Source: Blastocystis sp. subtype 4
Taxonomy: Eukaryota
NCBI RefSeq assembly: GCF_000743755.1
Contig: NW_014569499.1
Coordinates: forward strand, 1 to 46,305
Length of the DNA stretch: 46,305 bases
Direction of reading: 5' to 3'
The notes under the pieces were generated by a model, which saw nothing but the letters and a program-made list of their open reading frames with translations, searched no databases and was not told where the DNA came from. Numbering within the stretch: the first letter of the stretch is position 1; every line of letters begins with the position of its first letter. A program made the translations under genes and the position numbers. Shown piece after piece: positions 1 to 11,399 of this stretch.

Positions 1-99
1 ACCGATAACCTTAACTCCCTTATCGGCAAATGCAACAGCCATAGGAAGACCCACATATCCGAGGCCTACAACACAAATCTTAAGATCACTAAACTCCAT
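1..99 (-). CDS. UDP-glucose/GDP-mannose/UDP-GlcNAc dehydrogenase family protein, 5' part (runs off window edge)
   Basis: Reverse strand from ATG at 99 reads MEFSDLKICVVGLGYVGLPMAVAFADKGVKVIG, the Rossmann GxGYVGLP N-terminus of nucleotide-sugar dehydrogenases; not in the ORF track. Confidence 0.85.
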   Translation of the reverse strand, partial: MEFSDLKICVVGLGYVGLPMAVAFADKGVKVIG

Positions 100-342
100 T
101 AGTCAATAAATGAATAATGTCTAAAATGAATGAGTGACTGGACCATTGGAAATCCACCAAAAAATCGCGGTGAGAGTATATTTCAAAGGAAAACCGGAAT
201 TCCGTTTCGGTAACTGCGAAGAATGCAGTGTGGGTTATTTCAATTGTCTAATGAGGCGTTCAAGAGTGGTTTACCTCCTCCAGTTTCGGTCCTACATGGT
301 TTTGACTCTCAGTTATCCATTTCAATAGGGTGTATACAACTA

Positions 343-1478
343 TTAATTGTTTGTACACAAATAAATATATCGATTTGCATAGTAGCAATGTCCTTTTAGT
401 TCTCCCATATACCTTCCATGGTCGTCCATATTTGGCACACGAATCGAATTAATACATTCTTTTCTTTCAGGATACGGACAGTGGACATAGAAATTGGAAT
501 TCGAATAATACCAGTACTACAGGAAATAACGATAGCAATTCATACCTCATTCCCTGTATGAACAAATTTCATTTGTCTTGGAGGCAAAAGAGTTACAACA
601 TCACATCCATGAGTGATCCGATAGAAGTGAGCTAATGGAGAATTGATAAGACAATGATATACGAATCTCTGAATGAATAAAATCTGCAAGAATGCTATTC
701 CCTATTCGTGGCATTCCAAAAGTGTACACAGAAGCAATTTGAATGTTGTGGTCATAATCACTACGTTTTCTTCTGATTGTTGAACTATACGAATAGAACC
801 CCCGTTCAACTCCTGTGTCATTTGGAAAGAGAGTGTAGGCATTTGGATTCAGAAGGTAGTCATTGTAATCATAATGCCTCACATTTGCTTTTACATCAAT
901 AGCAACAAATGTGGCAAAGATGGAACCTAGAGAATGACCAGTTGTGAGGATATGAGCCTTTGGGTGCTCCCTAAGCAACGCAATGATAGACGAAAGAATC
1001 TGAAATAAGATCAAACAGTATAAAATACGCGAGAACGAACCGATGCATACATGTACAAATATGTTCGAGAGGCTGCACATCCATTACAAACAGGAAATGA
1101 AGTTAGGATGGGAGAAGACAGATTTTCAATGAAGTTGACATAGTCTTGCGAGGCACGGAAAACAATGATAACTACATTGACAGACAAGAAAGTACACACT
1201 ATCTTCTTTTTCCCACAACCCTACAAATCCATAGAGACTGAGTTGCGGCTCAGAAATGACTGTGGCATAGGACAATGAAGTGGAAAATCGTATACAATCA
1301 TCACAATCCATTTTCTACGATAATATAAAGTTATGGATACTACTGAAAGAGTTTCTTGAGAGCAATAGGAGAGCGAATTGAGTCTCCACATCCTCAAAGC
1401 TTGCTCTTCATCATAGTCATCGGAAGTAGCCCAAGTTAAACCAAGTAATCCAAGTGTTAACAAAAACGAGGCAATCAT
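343..1478 (-). CDS. Secreted class 3 lipase (multi-exon)
   Basis: Signal peptide MIASFLLTLGLLGLTWA; nucleophile motif TGHSLG; YTFGMPRIGN; C-terminal DDHGRY; TAA at 343-345; several ~30-nt introns. Confidence 0.85.
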
Positions 1479-1622
1479 GCAATACTCCGACACAAAAGAT
1501 ACACTGTCTTCGTATGGATCACCATATCTGATCGAGAGAGAATATCCCTGAATTGTTGACTTCAGATTTCCAGTTCCTTTTCGCATATGCAAATACCTAC
1601 ATATGGAGAACAGTCAATAGAA

Positions 1623-2081
1623 ATGAGGATTGCATTGCATAATTTCTTTCTACTGCTTGTTCTTTTAGCTGTTTCTTCATGTCTATCAGTGCCAAAGCTG
1701 AAATGTCCAGCAGAAGAGTCAAACGGCTATAAATGGCCCGAAAAAGCAATTGGAGAGAGTTCTGTACAATACTGTAATGGAATTGGGTATTATCGACGCA
1801 TTTGCCTTTACAAGAATACTAGTAGTGGTCCTTCGGCTGTTTGGAGTAGTTTAGTGAATATGTGCAGTACTATCATCTTTTCTGTGTGATTTATAGAATG
1901 CAAAGGGGATGACACTTGGAAAGAGACACCTGCTGGTCAGTATGCATATATAGATTGTCCTGGAGCTTACGAAGGTTATATAGGTCGCTTTTGTACTCCA
2001 GAGGGTGACTGGGGTTTAATCAAAGATTTGTGTTATCTACCAGATGGACGAAATGTAGATGAGTACGAAGTAGAGTTATGA
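1623..2081 (+). CDS. Small secreted Cys-rich protein with two hormone-receptor (HRM)-like repeats
   Basis: Signal peptide MRIALHNFFLLLVLLAVSSC; 30-nt intron 1867-1896; exon 2 reads CKGDDTWKETPAGQYAYIDCPGAYEGYIGRFCTPEGDWGLIKDLC; TGA at 2079-2081. Confidence 0.7.
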
Positions 2082-2108
2082 GGATATACAGTTGTATTAT
2101 GACGATTC

Positions 2109-2124
2109 TGTTTATTGACAAACA
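2109..2124. terminator. Back-to-back GU-rich 3'-processing elements (HRM gene + / MutS -)
   Basis: TGTTTATT on + directly abutting GACAAACA (TGTTTGTC on -). Confidence 0.7.
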
Positions 2125-2127
2125 TTT

Positions 2128-5100
2128 CTACTTGGTGTAGTGCTCAGCTAATCGTTCTAAAGCTATCTTCTCGTCTTCTACTTTTTGTGATTGTAATGCC
2201 TCCTTCACTTCTGCCATACACATCATACACTGAAGAGGAGTCATTTCCTCAACTTTTAAATTCCTTAATATATCACAGATCTGTTTCTCCTTCCCGCCTT
2301 GTTTCTTCTTCAAAGAATCCTCACACTTTTGAATGATCTGTTCTGGTATTCCAGCCATTCGCGCAACATATAGACCATAACTCTGGTCACTTACACCTGG
2401 TTCCAATTTATAGGAAAGAAGCAAGGAAGAAGGTGTTGGGATAGCACACATCTTGTAATTCTTCATATGATTGGAACCTCGAGCAAGTTCTGTAACAGGT
2501 CGATAATGTGTTGCAAAGAGTGTTCGACACCGAATCTGTGAATGGATATGGTCCAACACATTGGTAGCAATTGCAATACCCTCATCAACACTGGTTCCTC
2601 TTCCTAATTCATCAATAAGAATGAGTGAACGTGAAGTTGCTATAAGTAACATTCCATTCATTCAAGTACCATTCTTAAGAATCATTGATGTCTCACTGAT
2701 CTCAGAATAGAAGGTACTTCGATCATTTGTAATGTCATCAGCACTTCCAACACGAGAGTAAATCTTATCCACGATACCAATTACTCCTTGCTTAGCAGGG
2801 ATGAAACAACCCATCTGAGCTAGAATCACACACAATGCGACTGATCGAAGGAATGTTGTCTTTCCACCCATGTTAGGACCTGTCAATACACAAGTACGGA
2901 TAGCATCTGAAGACGAATTACAGTTCATGCTGATACTATTCGGAATAAATGTCTTTCCCCGTGCTTGTCGCATCATGAGATCTTCAATGACAACATGTCG
3001 AATATCCTTCAAATCCAATGTGGACGCTACTCTTAACCCCATATCATTCTCTTACAGTCATCCACTTGAGGTCGAACATATCCATTCTGACGGCATACCT
3101 TTTCCAATCCACAGTTTACATCCAGCATACTCAGGGATGCATTACATCGGCTGATTAATAAACCTTCCTTCTCCACTTGATCCTTCAGAGACTCGAAGAT
3201 TTGTAGTTCGAATGCTCTCACTCGCTCTGCCGCTTGGAAGCGTCTCCCATCCAAAGCCGTCAATTCATTAGTCTTGTATCGAATGTGACTCTTCAGCATT
3301 TGACAAGGAAAGAATGTGGTTGAGTCATTTAGTGGTGTGGATGCTGGGACCTCAACATGAAACCCTAGTGCATCCGTCCATTTCACTTTTAGACGGGAAA
3401 TCCCTGTCTTTGCTTTATATTCTTCTTGAAGTCGTTTCAGGAGTTCTGTGTCATTTTGCGCTAATGCGCGCCACTCATCCAGTTCTGCTGAATATCCTGA
3501 TGCAATGAATCCTCCATCAGCAATAGAAAATGGAAGTGATTCTACAAGAGCAGAAGAAAGAGCAGATAACAAGGGAGAAGAACTTACATCTTCCAATTGC
3601 TTAACCAGATTCTCCAGAACTGGATTCTTTGAATATTTGAAACTGTCTAAATAGAATACGAATGATACTGGGTTACCTTGAATGACTTGTTTCACAGACT
3701 CACAACATCGAAGCATATCACGAATAACTCCCAAATCTTGAGGTGAACCTCGTCGTAATAAGAGTCTCTGAAATGATCGTTCAGAATCACCAAGCGTCTT
3801 TAGTAGAGGTGTTAGAGCCGTTGAAATATATGGATGAGTGAGAAAGAATGAGAGAATCTGATCATAACACAAATCACTTCGATACATCTAATCGACTGTT
3901 TATTTCAGACACATTCGTTAGAGGAGATGATAAGCGATTACAGAGTAGACGGCTACCCATCACTGTTACAGTGTGATCCAATGTCTAAGTCTCAATCTCA
4001 TCATTGATCCAGCACATTCATTACACTCCCAATAGTACTGTCATGAACTCCTCGAATCAGATTCAGAGAATCACGTGTATTTCGATCCAACTCTAATACT
4101 CCTAGTTCTTCTTCTTCAGACAAGAATAATCGCGGGAATAATCCCATTTGTGTTTTGTTGATATACTGTAATAGAGCTGTTACAGACATCATCTCCATAT
4201 GTGATAACAATCCCTTCTCTACGGGCTGTTGTAGAGCCTGCAACTCAGGATGCGTCGAGATCAGCTGAGCCAAACCCTGATCACTCCATGAATCTTCTGG
4301 AAGACAAGTTACAACGCACTCAGAGTCTCCTTCTTCATTCATGCCGTTATCTGACATTGGCTTCGAAGCACCCAGATATGACCGAAGTGACGGAGGGAGG
4401 TTATTCCGGAGTGTCGATGGGAGTAACAGTTCGCGAGGATCATATCGAGCAAGGAGACTCGCCAATTGAGCTTCACAAACATTATGAACAGCTAGTTCTC
4501 CTGTACTGATATCCACAACAGAGAAGCCATAGTGGTGACTTTCTGTGGCATCGGAGAGAGCACAGAGGAAATTGCTACGACGAGGACTCAATAGTGAGTC
4601 TTCGACGAGGGTTCCTGCAGAGATGAGACGAACCACTGATCGATTAAGGACCGAATTCTTTCGTTTTTTGCTTTTTGCTACTTCTGGAGTCTAGACATCA
4701 ACGAATGACAAGAACATCACCTCAGTTTGTTCACAAATTGCCACTTTCAAACCTCGACGAATAATCTTCTTCACGTAGTTGTCAACAGTGAAGTAGGGAA
4801 TACCACACAAAGGGATGTCCTTATCTTTCGATTATTTATCCATAGGAACACCTACTTTGGTACTTTCCTCTCGTCGTCAGAGCGATCCCAAGGATTTGTG
4901 AGATCATTATGGCATCTTCAAAAAAGAACTCATAGAAATCTCCCAAACGGAAAAACAAAACATAGTCTACAAATTGATAGATTCTTGCATACTTACCCTT
5001 GTATTGTTCCTTAAACCTAAAGTACTGCTGTAATGCAGGTGTTAACTGATCCTTATCAACAGCATCTGAAGAAATAAACTCTCGTTTGCTTCGTGGAGTT

Positions 5101-5201
5101 AAGCCGGAACGAACAGCAAGTGATCGAACCGAGTTAAAGAGTAAAGGTGTTGGTTTCACACTCAGTAAAAGTCGTTTAACGACTTTACTATAACAGAACA
5201 T
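2128..5201 (-). CDS. mutS: DNA mismatch repair protein MutS1 (bacterial-type/MSH1-like) with probable mitochondrion-related-organelle targeting peptide
   Basis: [18 protein letters not shown] mismatch-binding motif, GPNMGGKTT Walker [25 protein letters not shown]; basic/hydroxylated N-terminal extension. Confidence 0.92.
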
Positions 5202-5478
5202 GTGAAATGATCAAGAACAGAATACACTATCAAACCGGTATTTCGGCTCTTGAATCCCTCACTCGATATATAGATTCTGAATAGATAGATAGGATCCATA
5301 CAATGTATAGTTTCATCACATTCTTCTTTGGGGACAATCCATACTTATCATTTCATGAATAGAGGGTATTTTCTCCTCTTCACTGCCATAATATCCCACG
5401 ATTTCTGTCCAACGACCAGAATTTTCGGGATTTTTCTCGTTGGTTTTTTGTTGTTCAGTAAATAGACTTTGTTTGATC

Positions 5479-8400
5479 ATGGAAACGAAAGAAAAACACT
5501 TACAGCCTGTTGTTGATAATATCAACATCCCCAAAGCTGAAGAAGAGGTTCTTGAGTTCTGGAAGTCCATTGATGCTTTTGAAACCTCTTTGAAGCTTTC
5601 AGAAGGAAGACCAGAGTATTCTTTCTATGATGGCCCTCCATTTGCTACTGGACTTCCTCATTATGGTCACATTCTTGCTGGAACTATTAAGGATATTGTA
5701 ACGAGATATGCTCATCAGACTGGACACCATGTAGTGCGCAGATTTGGATGGGATACTCATGGAGTGCCTGTCGAGTTTGAAATTGATAAGAAGCTTGGTA
5801 TCACCTGCGCCAAGGATGTAGAGAAGATTGGTATTGCTAAGTGCGTTGTTTCGTCATTCTTTAACTTCTAGGTACAATGCTGAGTGCCGAGGAATTGTAT
5901 CGAGATATTGCAAGGAATGGGAGATTATTGTGAATCGTTTGGGTCGTTGGATCGATTTTGAACATGGTTATCGTTCCATGGAACCCTGGTATATGGAATC
6001 TGTATGGTGGGTATTCAAGTCCCTGTGGGATAAAGGTCTTGTGTATCGTGGTTATCGTGTGATGCCCTTCAGCACAGCTCTGGGTACTCCTTTGTCGAAC
6101 TTTGAAGCGAATCAGAACTACAAGGATGTCACAGATCCGGCCATTGTCATTGCCTTCTCTGCAGCAGATGAAGAGAGTCATTATTGTGTTTTTAGCTTAT
6201 CTCTAGATGTGTACTATCTTGCTTGGACCACAACACCATGGACACTTCCCAGCAACATGGCCCTAACTGTTCATCCTGATTTTGAATATGTTGAGATCAA
6301 GGATATTGCTACTGGTCGATTGTACTGGTTAGCTGAGAGTCGTCTCTCTATTCTCTATCCTAAGATGTTGAAGAAGGGATACAAAGGAGGTGAGTTTGAG
6401 ATTGTGAAGCGTTGTGTGGGTAAGGAGATGGTTGGTCGTCATTATCTCCCTCTCTTCCCTTATTTCAAGGATTGGACAACTGCCTTTAGAATCATTGCTG
6501 ATACATATGTCACAGATGATAGTGGTACTGGTATTGTACATTGTGCTCCTGGATTTGGTGAGGATGATTATCGTGTTGGTATTGCTAATGGTATTGTGGA
6601 ACTGGGTGGCAAAGTGCCTTGTCCAATTGACTTGAGTGCTCACTTCGATAGTTCTGTGCCTGATTATGAAGGGCGCTATGTGAAAGATTGTGATAATGAT
6701 ATTATGAATCGATTGAAAGCTGAAGGTCGTCTCATTCAGAAGGCTAGCATCATTCACAGCTATCCATTCTGCTATCGCTCTGATACTCCTCTCATTTATC
6801 GTGCTATTAGTTCATGGTTTGTAAGTGTCACTTCCATCAAGGAACAGCTTCTTGCCAACAATGAGAAGACTTATTGGGTCCCTGCGTTCGTGAAGGAAAA
6901 ACGATTCCATAATTGGCTCCGAGATGCTCGTGATTGGAATGTGTCTAGAAATCGTTATTGGGGTACACCTCTTCCTATTTGGGCTAGTGATGATGGTGAA
7001 GAGATGGTGGTGGTTGGCAGCATTCAAGAATTGAAGGAATTGACTGGTGTGGAAGTAACAGATCTGCATCGTGATACGATTGACGATCTGACTATTCCCA
7101 GCAAACAAGGAAAGGGACTCCTTCACCGTGTTCCTGAGGTGTTTGATTGCTGGTTTGAGTCAGGTTCAATGCCTTACGCTCAGCAGCACTATCCCTTCGA
7201 GAACAAGGAAGTATTTGGTAACGTTGTGATGTGATAATGAGATGTAGAAGCTAACTTCCCTGCTCAGTTTATTGCTGAGGGATTGGATCAGACTCGTGGC
7301 TGGTTCTACACCCTTATGGTTCTTTCCACTGCTCTCTTCAACAAGCCTGCTTTTCAGAATCTCATTGTGAACGGTTTGAATGAGATGAAGAAATGATTCA
7401 TAGGTCTGGTGTTGGCAGAAGACGGAAAGAAAATGAGCAAGCGACTGAAGAACTATCCTGATCCTCAGGAAGTGATTAGCAAGTACGGTGCTGACGCTAT
7501 TCGTCTCTATCTCATCAATTCACCTGTTGTCCGTGCAGAACCACTACGATTTAAGGAATCAGGTGTGCATGGAGTACTGAAGGATGTATTGATCCCCTGG
7601 TATAATGCATACCGATTCCTCGTTCAGAACATTGAATTGTGGGAGACCAAATGTTCATGTTCGTTTAAACCTTCACGTGAGCAAGCTATTCACAGTACGA
7701 ATGTGATGGATCGATGGTTGCTGGTAAGTATTGGCTATGGAGCTTGATTATAGGCTACTACACAAGAGTTGATCTGTTTCGTCCGTCAAGAGATGGAGGC
7801 ATATCGTCTCTATACAGTGGTTCCTCGTTTGGTTGACTTCATTAACTCGCTCACTAATTGTTACGTGCGACTCAACCGTCGCCGATGCAAGTGTAACAAG
7901 GATAATAAGGACGAGTCCTACATCTCCTTGTGTGTGTTGTATGAATGTCTGCTAACTCTCTGCCGTCTGATGGCTCCATTCACACCGTTCTTCACGGAGT
8001 ATCTCTACCAGAATCTCCGTCGTATTCATCCTGTTCGTTCGAAAACTCTGCTTCACATGTAGGATGTGGATAACTCTAACGTGTCTGTGGACGCTCTGGG
8101 TCGTGCTGCGTCAATTCACTATGTCATGCTCCCAGAGCCAGATCTCTATGCATGCTGTGATGATCCTGTGATTCGACGCCAGATGGCTCGTCTGATGATG
8201 GCGATTGAGATGGGTCGTGTGTTGCGTGAGAGACGAACAATCTCACTGAAGATGCCCGTACGTCGCATCGTTCTCTGCTCTGCTGACAATGAGGTCCTTG
8301 AAGATATTCAATCCTTGGAGTCCTATCTGAAGGAGGAATTGAACTGTCTTGAGGTTATTTATGATCACGATGAGTCAGTGTGGTGTAAGTGCAGTATCTC

Positions 8401-8929
8401 ACCAGAGTTCAGCGTGCTTGGGCGAAAGCTGGGAAAGAACTTCAAGTCGGTTGTATCAGAGCTCGCTAAACTGACTGGAGATGATGTGAAGAAACTGGAA
8501 GCGGATCATAAGCTAATGGTGGCTGGATTTGAGTTGGCTGAGGATGAATTAGTGGTAAAGCGAGAGTTTGTGTCTCCTGATAAGTGTTACGAAGGATGTG
8601 TATCGAGTGATCACTCATTCATTGTTGCTATCGATACGACACAAGATGAAGAAGTATGCTCGCTAGGAGTGGTGCGTGAGTTCATCAACCGTGTCCAGAA
8701 ACTTCGAAAAGCAGCTGGATTGGTGCCTACAGATCGTATCAAAGTGTTTACGCAGATTGAGGACGAGTCTGTTCTTAAGGTTATTGAAGCCTACAGAAAG
8801 ACGATTGAGGAGAGATTGGATTGCTCTGTTACCATTAACTTACCTGTACCTGAATCTGAAGTAGTCATTAAGGCAGATGAGGATGAGATTAATGGTGCCA
8901 AGGTTATGTTTACCATTACTCGTAATTGA
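5479..8929 (+). CDS. IARS1: Isoleucyl-tRNA synthetase, cytosolic type (multi-exon)
   Basis: [15 protein letters not shown] (HIGH), [22 protein letters not shown] (KMSKS); introns e.g. 5841-5871 and 6177-6206. Confidence 0.97.
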
Positions 8930-9041
8930 TTGGGGTCATGATGATTTAATTGTTATTAAACACCTATTGGGTCGTTTAGGATGAATGGTCATCATTCAAA
9001 CTAAACCTCCTATTCACATCTGTTGCCAGTCTTTCGTGAAA

Positions 9042-9702
9042 ATGTTGCAATTTGTCCCTTTTGTGAAAGACGCGGCATCTATTGGCGGCAGAATGCTCGT
9101 TGCTCATTATTCTTCAAAACCAAGCCAAATGGAACAGGAAACCTTGTATATTAAAAAGCTCAGCGAGAATGCCACTACACCTGTTCGTGGATCTCCTTAT
9201 TCTGCAGGTTATGATCTCTTTAGGTAAAGGATTTGTCTCCTTGCTATTGTAGTGCTGCTGACATTGTCATCCCTGCTCATCAAAAAGCACTTGTTCCGAC
9301 AGATCTTTCTGTTGCCATTCCTCATAACTGTTATGGACGAATTGGTATTTGTTTTATCTTGTGTATTATTAGTAGCTCCTCGATCTGGTCTTGCCTTAAA
9401 GAAGTTTATTGATGTTGGTGCAGGTGTAGTGGATTGTGATTACCGAGGTCCTCTTGGGATCGTATTATTCAATTTTGCAGACACAGATTTTGAAGGTTTG
9501 GTCTTGTGTTGATTGTGAATTATAGTGAAGAAGGGAGACCGAGTTGCCCAACTAATTCTCGAAAGGATTTGTATGGCCCCCATTGTTGAAGTGGATTCTC
9601 TGGATGACACAGAACGGTTCGGATAGAGAGAGATGCATAATGTGTAGAGGTGCTGGTGGATTTGGCTCTACAGGAGTTAAACGAGTTCACAATAATCAAT
9701 AG
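9042..9702 (+). CDS. DUT: dUTP pyrophosphatase (5 exons; second in-frame ATG at 9129)
   Basis: [31 protein letters not shown] and [10 protein letters not shown] motifs; TAG at 9700-9702. Confidence 0.95.
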
Positions 9703-9708
9703 GTGGAG

Positions 9709-9723
9709 TGTTTCTTACAAACA
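9709..9723. terminator. Back-to-back GU-rich elements (dUTPase + / membrane protein -)
   Basis: TGTTTCTT abutting ACAAACA. Confidence 0.75.
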
Positions 9724-9727
9724 ATCA

Positions 9728-10582
9728 TATGAAAGAGAGGAACGCAACTGCTTAACGTTACCAGTTCCACTATAACTAGCATACAAATTATTACTTCTTC
9801 TACATCTTAACTTAACTACGAACATCTACGATCTATGCAACTGAACGAGAATCACAAAAACTGCAATAATAACCACTACAAGAACTACTGAAATTCCGAT
9901 GATCCAACCCACGAGTGCCGTTGTATTAAAGCATCCATCATCACTCACACGGTTGTAGGGACTCGCGGGAATACCCTTGAAGATGATTCCACTGAAAGTA
10001 AGTGTAGAATTGGATAATGATCCAATACTCTCCTTCTCTACGGTTAGATGAGGTTGGCCATTGCGTGTTAACTCGATGGTGGATAACGAAATTGGCTTTT
10101 CGGTAATCGCTGGAGTAGACTGGAACCCACAGTCTACTAATCCAGTAGCGTTTTCAGTGTGCAACATGATGTCTTTGATCGTCATGGTGTACGTTGCCGC
10201 CGCTAGAATTTAAGCTGTACACTCAGTAACTCACTCGTATCCTTCTGTCCTTTCTGTACACTGAGTGAATAACTAGAACTCAGGCAATTCACTCAAGCCA
10301 ACGATGTTGTAATAACTAAGAAAGGAGCTCCAGTACATGCGACTCCGTTGTAGCGGTACTCTGTAAGCTCCAGAGATTTGACAAAACCTTTGATGTTTGT
10401 CTTAGAGAGTGCTGAATACTCTACAACTAATCCTTTCTATTCTCTCCCACTTCCCCAATGCGTATCATAGTTCATACAGTAATGAGCAAAAGTACCACAG
10501 TCTATTTAACAACAATATTGTGTCTCTCACCAGCTGCAACTAAGCTAACAAGGAGCAGAAATACAAAAGAAACAGATTTCAT
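9728..10582 (-). CDS. Type I membrane protein of unknown function; stop probably completed by polyadenylation
   Basis: Signal peptide MKSVSFVFLLLVSLVAA; TM helix WIIGISVVLVVVIIAVFVILV; 30-nt last intron then SRSNNLYASYSGTGNVKQLRSSLS followed by TA and the GU-rich element. Confidence 0.7.
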
Positions 10583-10774
10583 AGAATAAATGTTCTGTTT
10601 CAAGTGTGTTGAGACACACAAGATTCGATCGAATGTTCTTTGTTAAAACACATTGCATTTCGGATTTCCCCGACAATTGGAAGATACTCTGGATGTGAAT
10701 TTGAAATATTCAACAAAAAATCAAAAAAGTTCTAAGGACAATCCTCACGACTACATCACCTTTCAGACAGCAAC

Positions 10775-11197
10775 TTATTGGCTTCCTAACAATAAGCATA
10801 AAGAAAGGCTCTTACGGGTCAAAATGTAGTGTCCACGCTTGGAAACTTCCACAATCTTTCCCTGCTTGACTAGCTCACGGATTCCAGCACGAGCGCAGGA
10901 ACCGTTCATCTTCAGACGATCAACAATAGTATAGACAGTGATGAGTTTCATCTAGGAAATCAACACTAAGACAAATCTGGATACCTTAGGAACCTCAGCA
11001 AGAAGCTTGTCGTAATCGGCCTTCTCAAAGTAGACCTTGTTATCGACAGTATCTCTCACCTTTCCCTTGCTCCATTTCTATCAATTAGATATCAAGTTTC
11101 TGTCCAATACCTTCTTTCCGTTGGAAGACTAAAGAAGTGTTAGTGAATCAATCCAATCAAAAGAACTCAACTCAGTATTCATAACAATACATACCAT
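10775..11197 (-). CDS. RPS25: 40S ribosomal protein S25 (eS25), 5 exons
   Basis: Spliced translation [71 protein letters not shown]...TRSQ*; missed by the ORF track. Confidence 0.95.
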
Positions 11198-11399
11198 GAT
11201 GTAATCAAGTTGTCAATAAGAACAATCTAGTAAAAACCAGAGTGAACTACACTTCGGAATATCAATGAATGGTGCTGCAATAATATTGTCATTCTCTTTC
11301 ATTTATTATTGGTTCCATTTGTACGAGTTCTACCGTGTTCACCTAAGTTGATTCAACTAGAAAGCCCTTATAAAAATAATTGATACAACGAAACAAGAT

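Noticed and set aside
134..355. 64-aa + strand ORF followed by a TGTTTGTA motif at 348-355
   Set aside because: GTG start, no recognisable protein, and the motif lies within the lipase's last codons; it could be chance, though a short antisense RNA is not excluded
2128..5201. Fragmented ORFs (MutS, IleRS, USP, TRAPPC8, PP2C) as pseudogenes, frameshifts or an alternative genetic code
   Set aside because: The breaks I checked are explained by ~30-nt GT-AG introns that restore the frame
11129..11194. Intronic C/D snoRNA in the RPS25 first intron
   Set aside because: ATGAA and CTGA boxes are only a few nt apart and the intron is too short to host a guide
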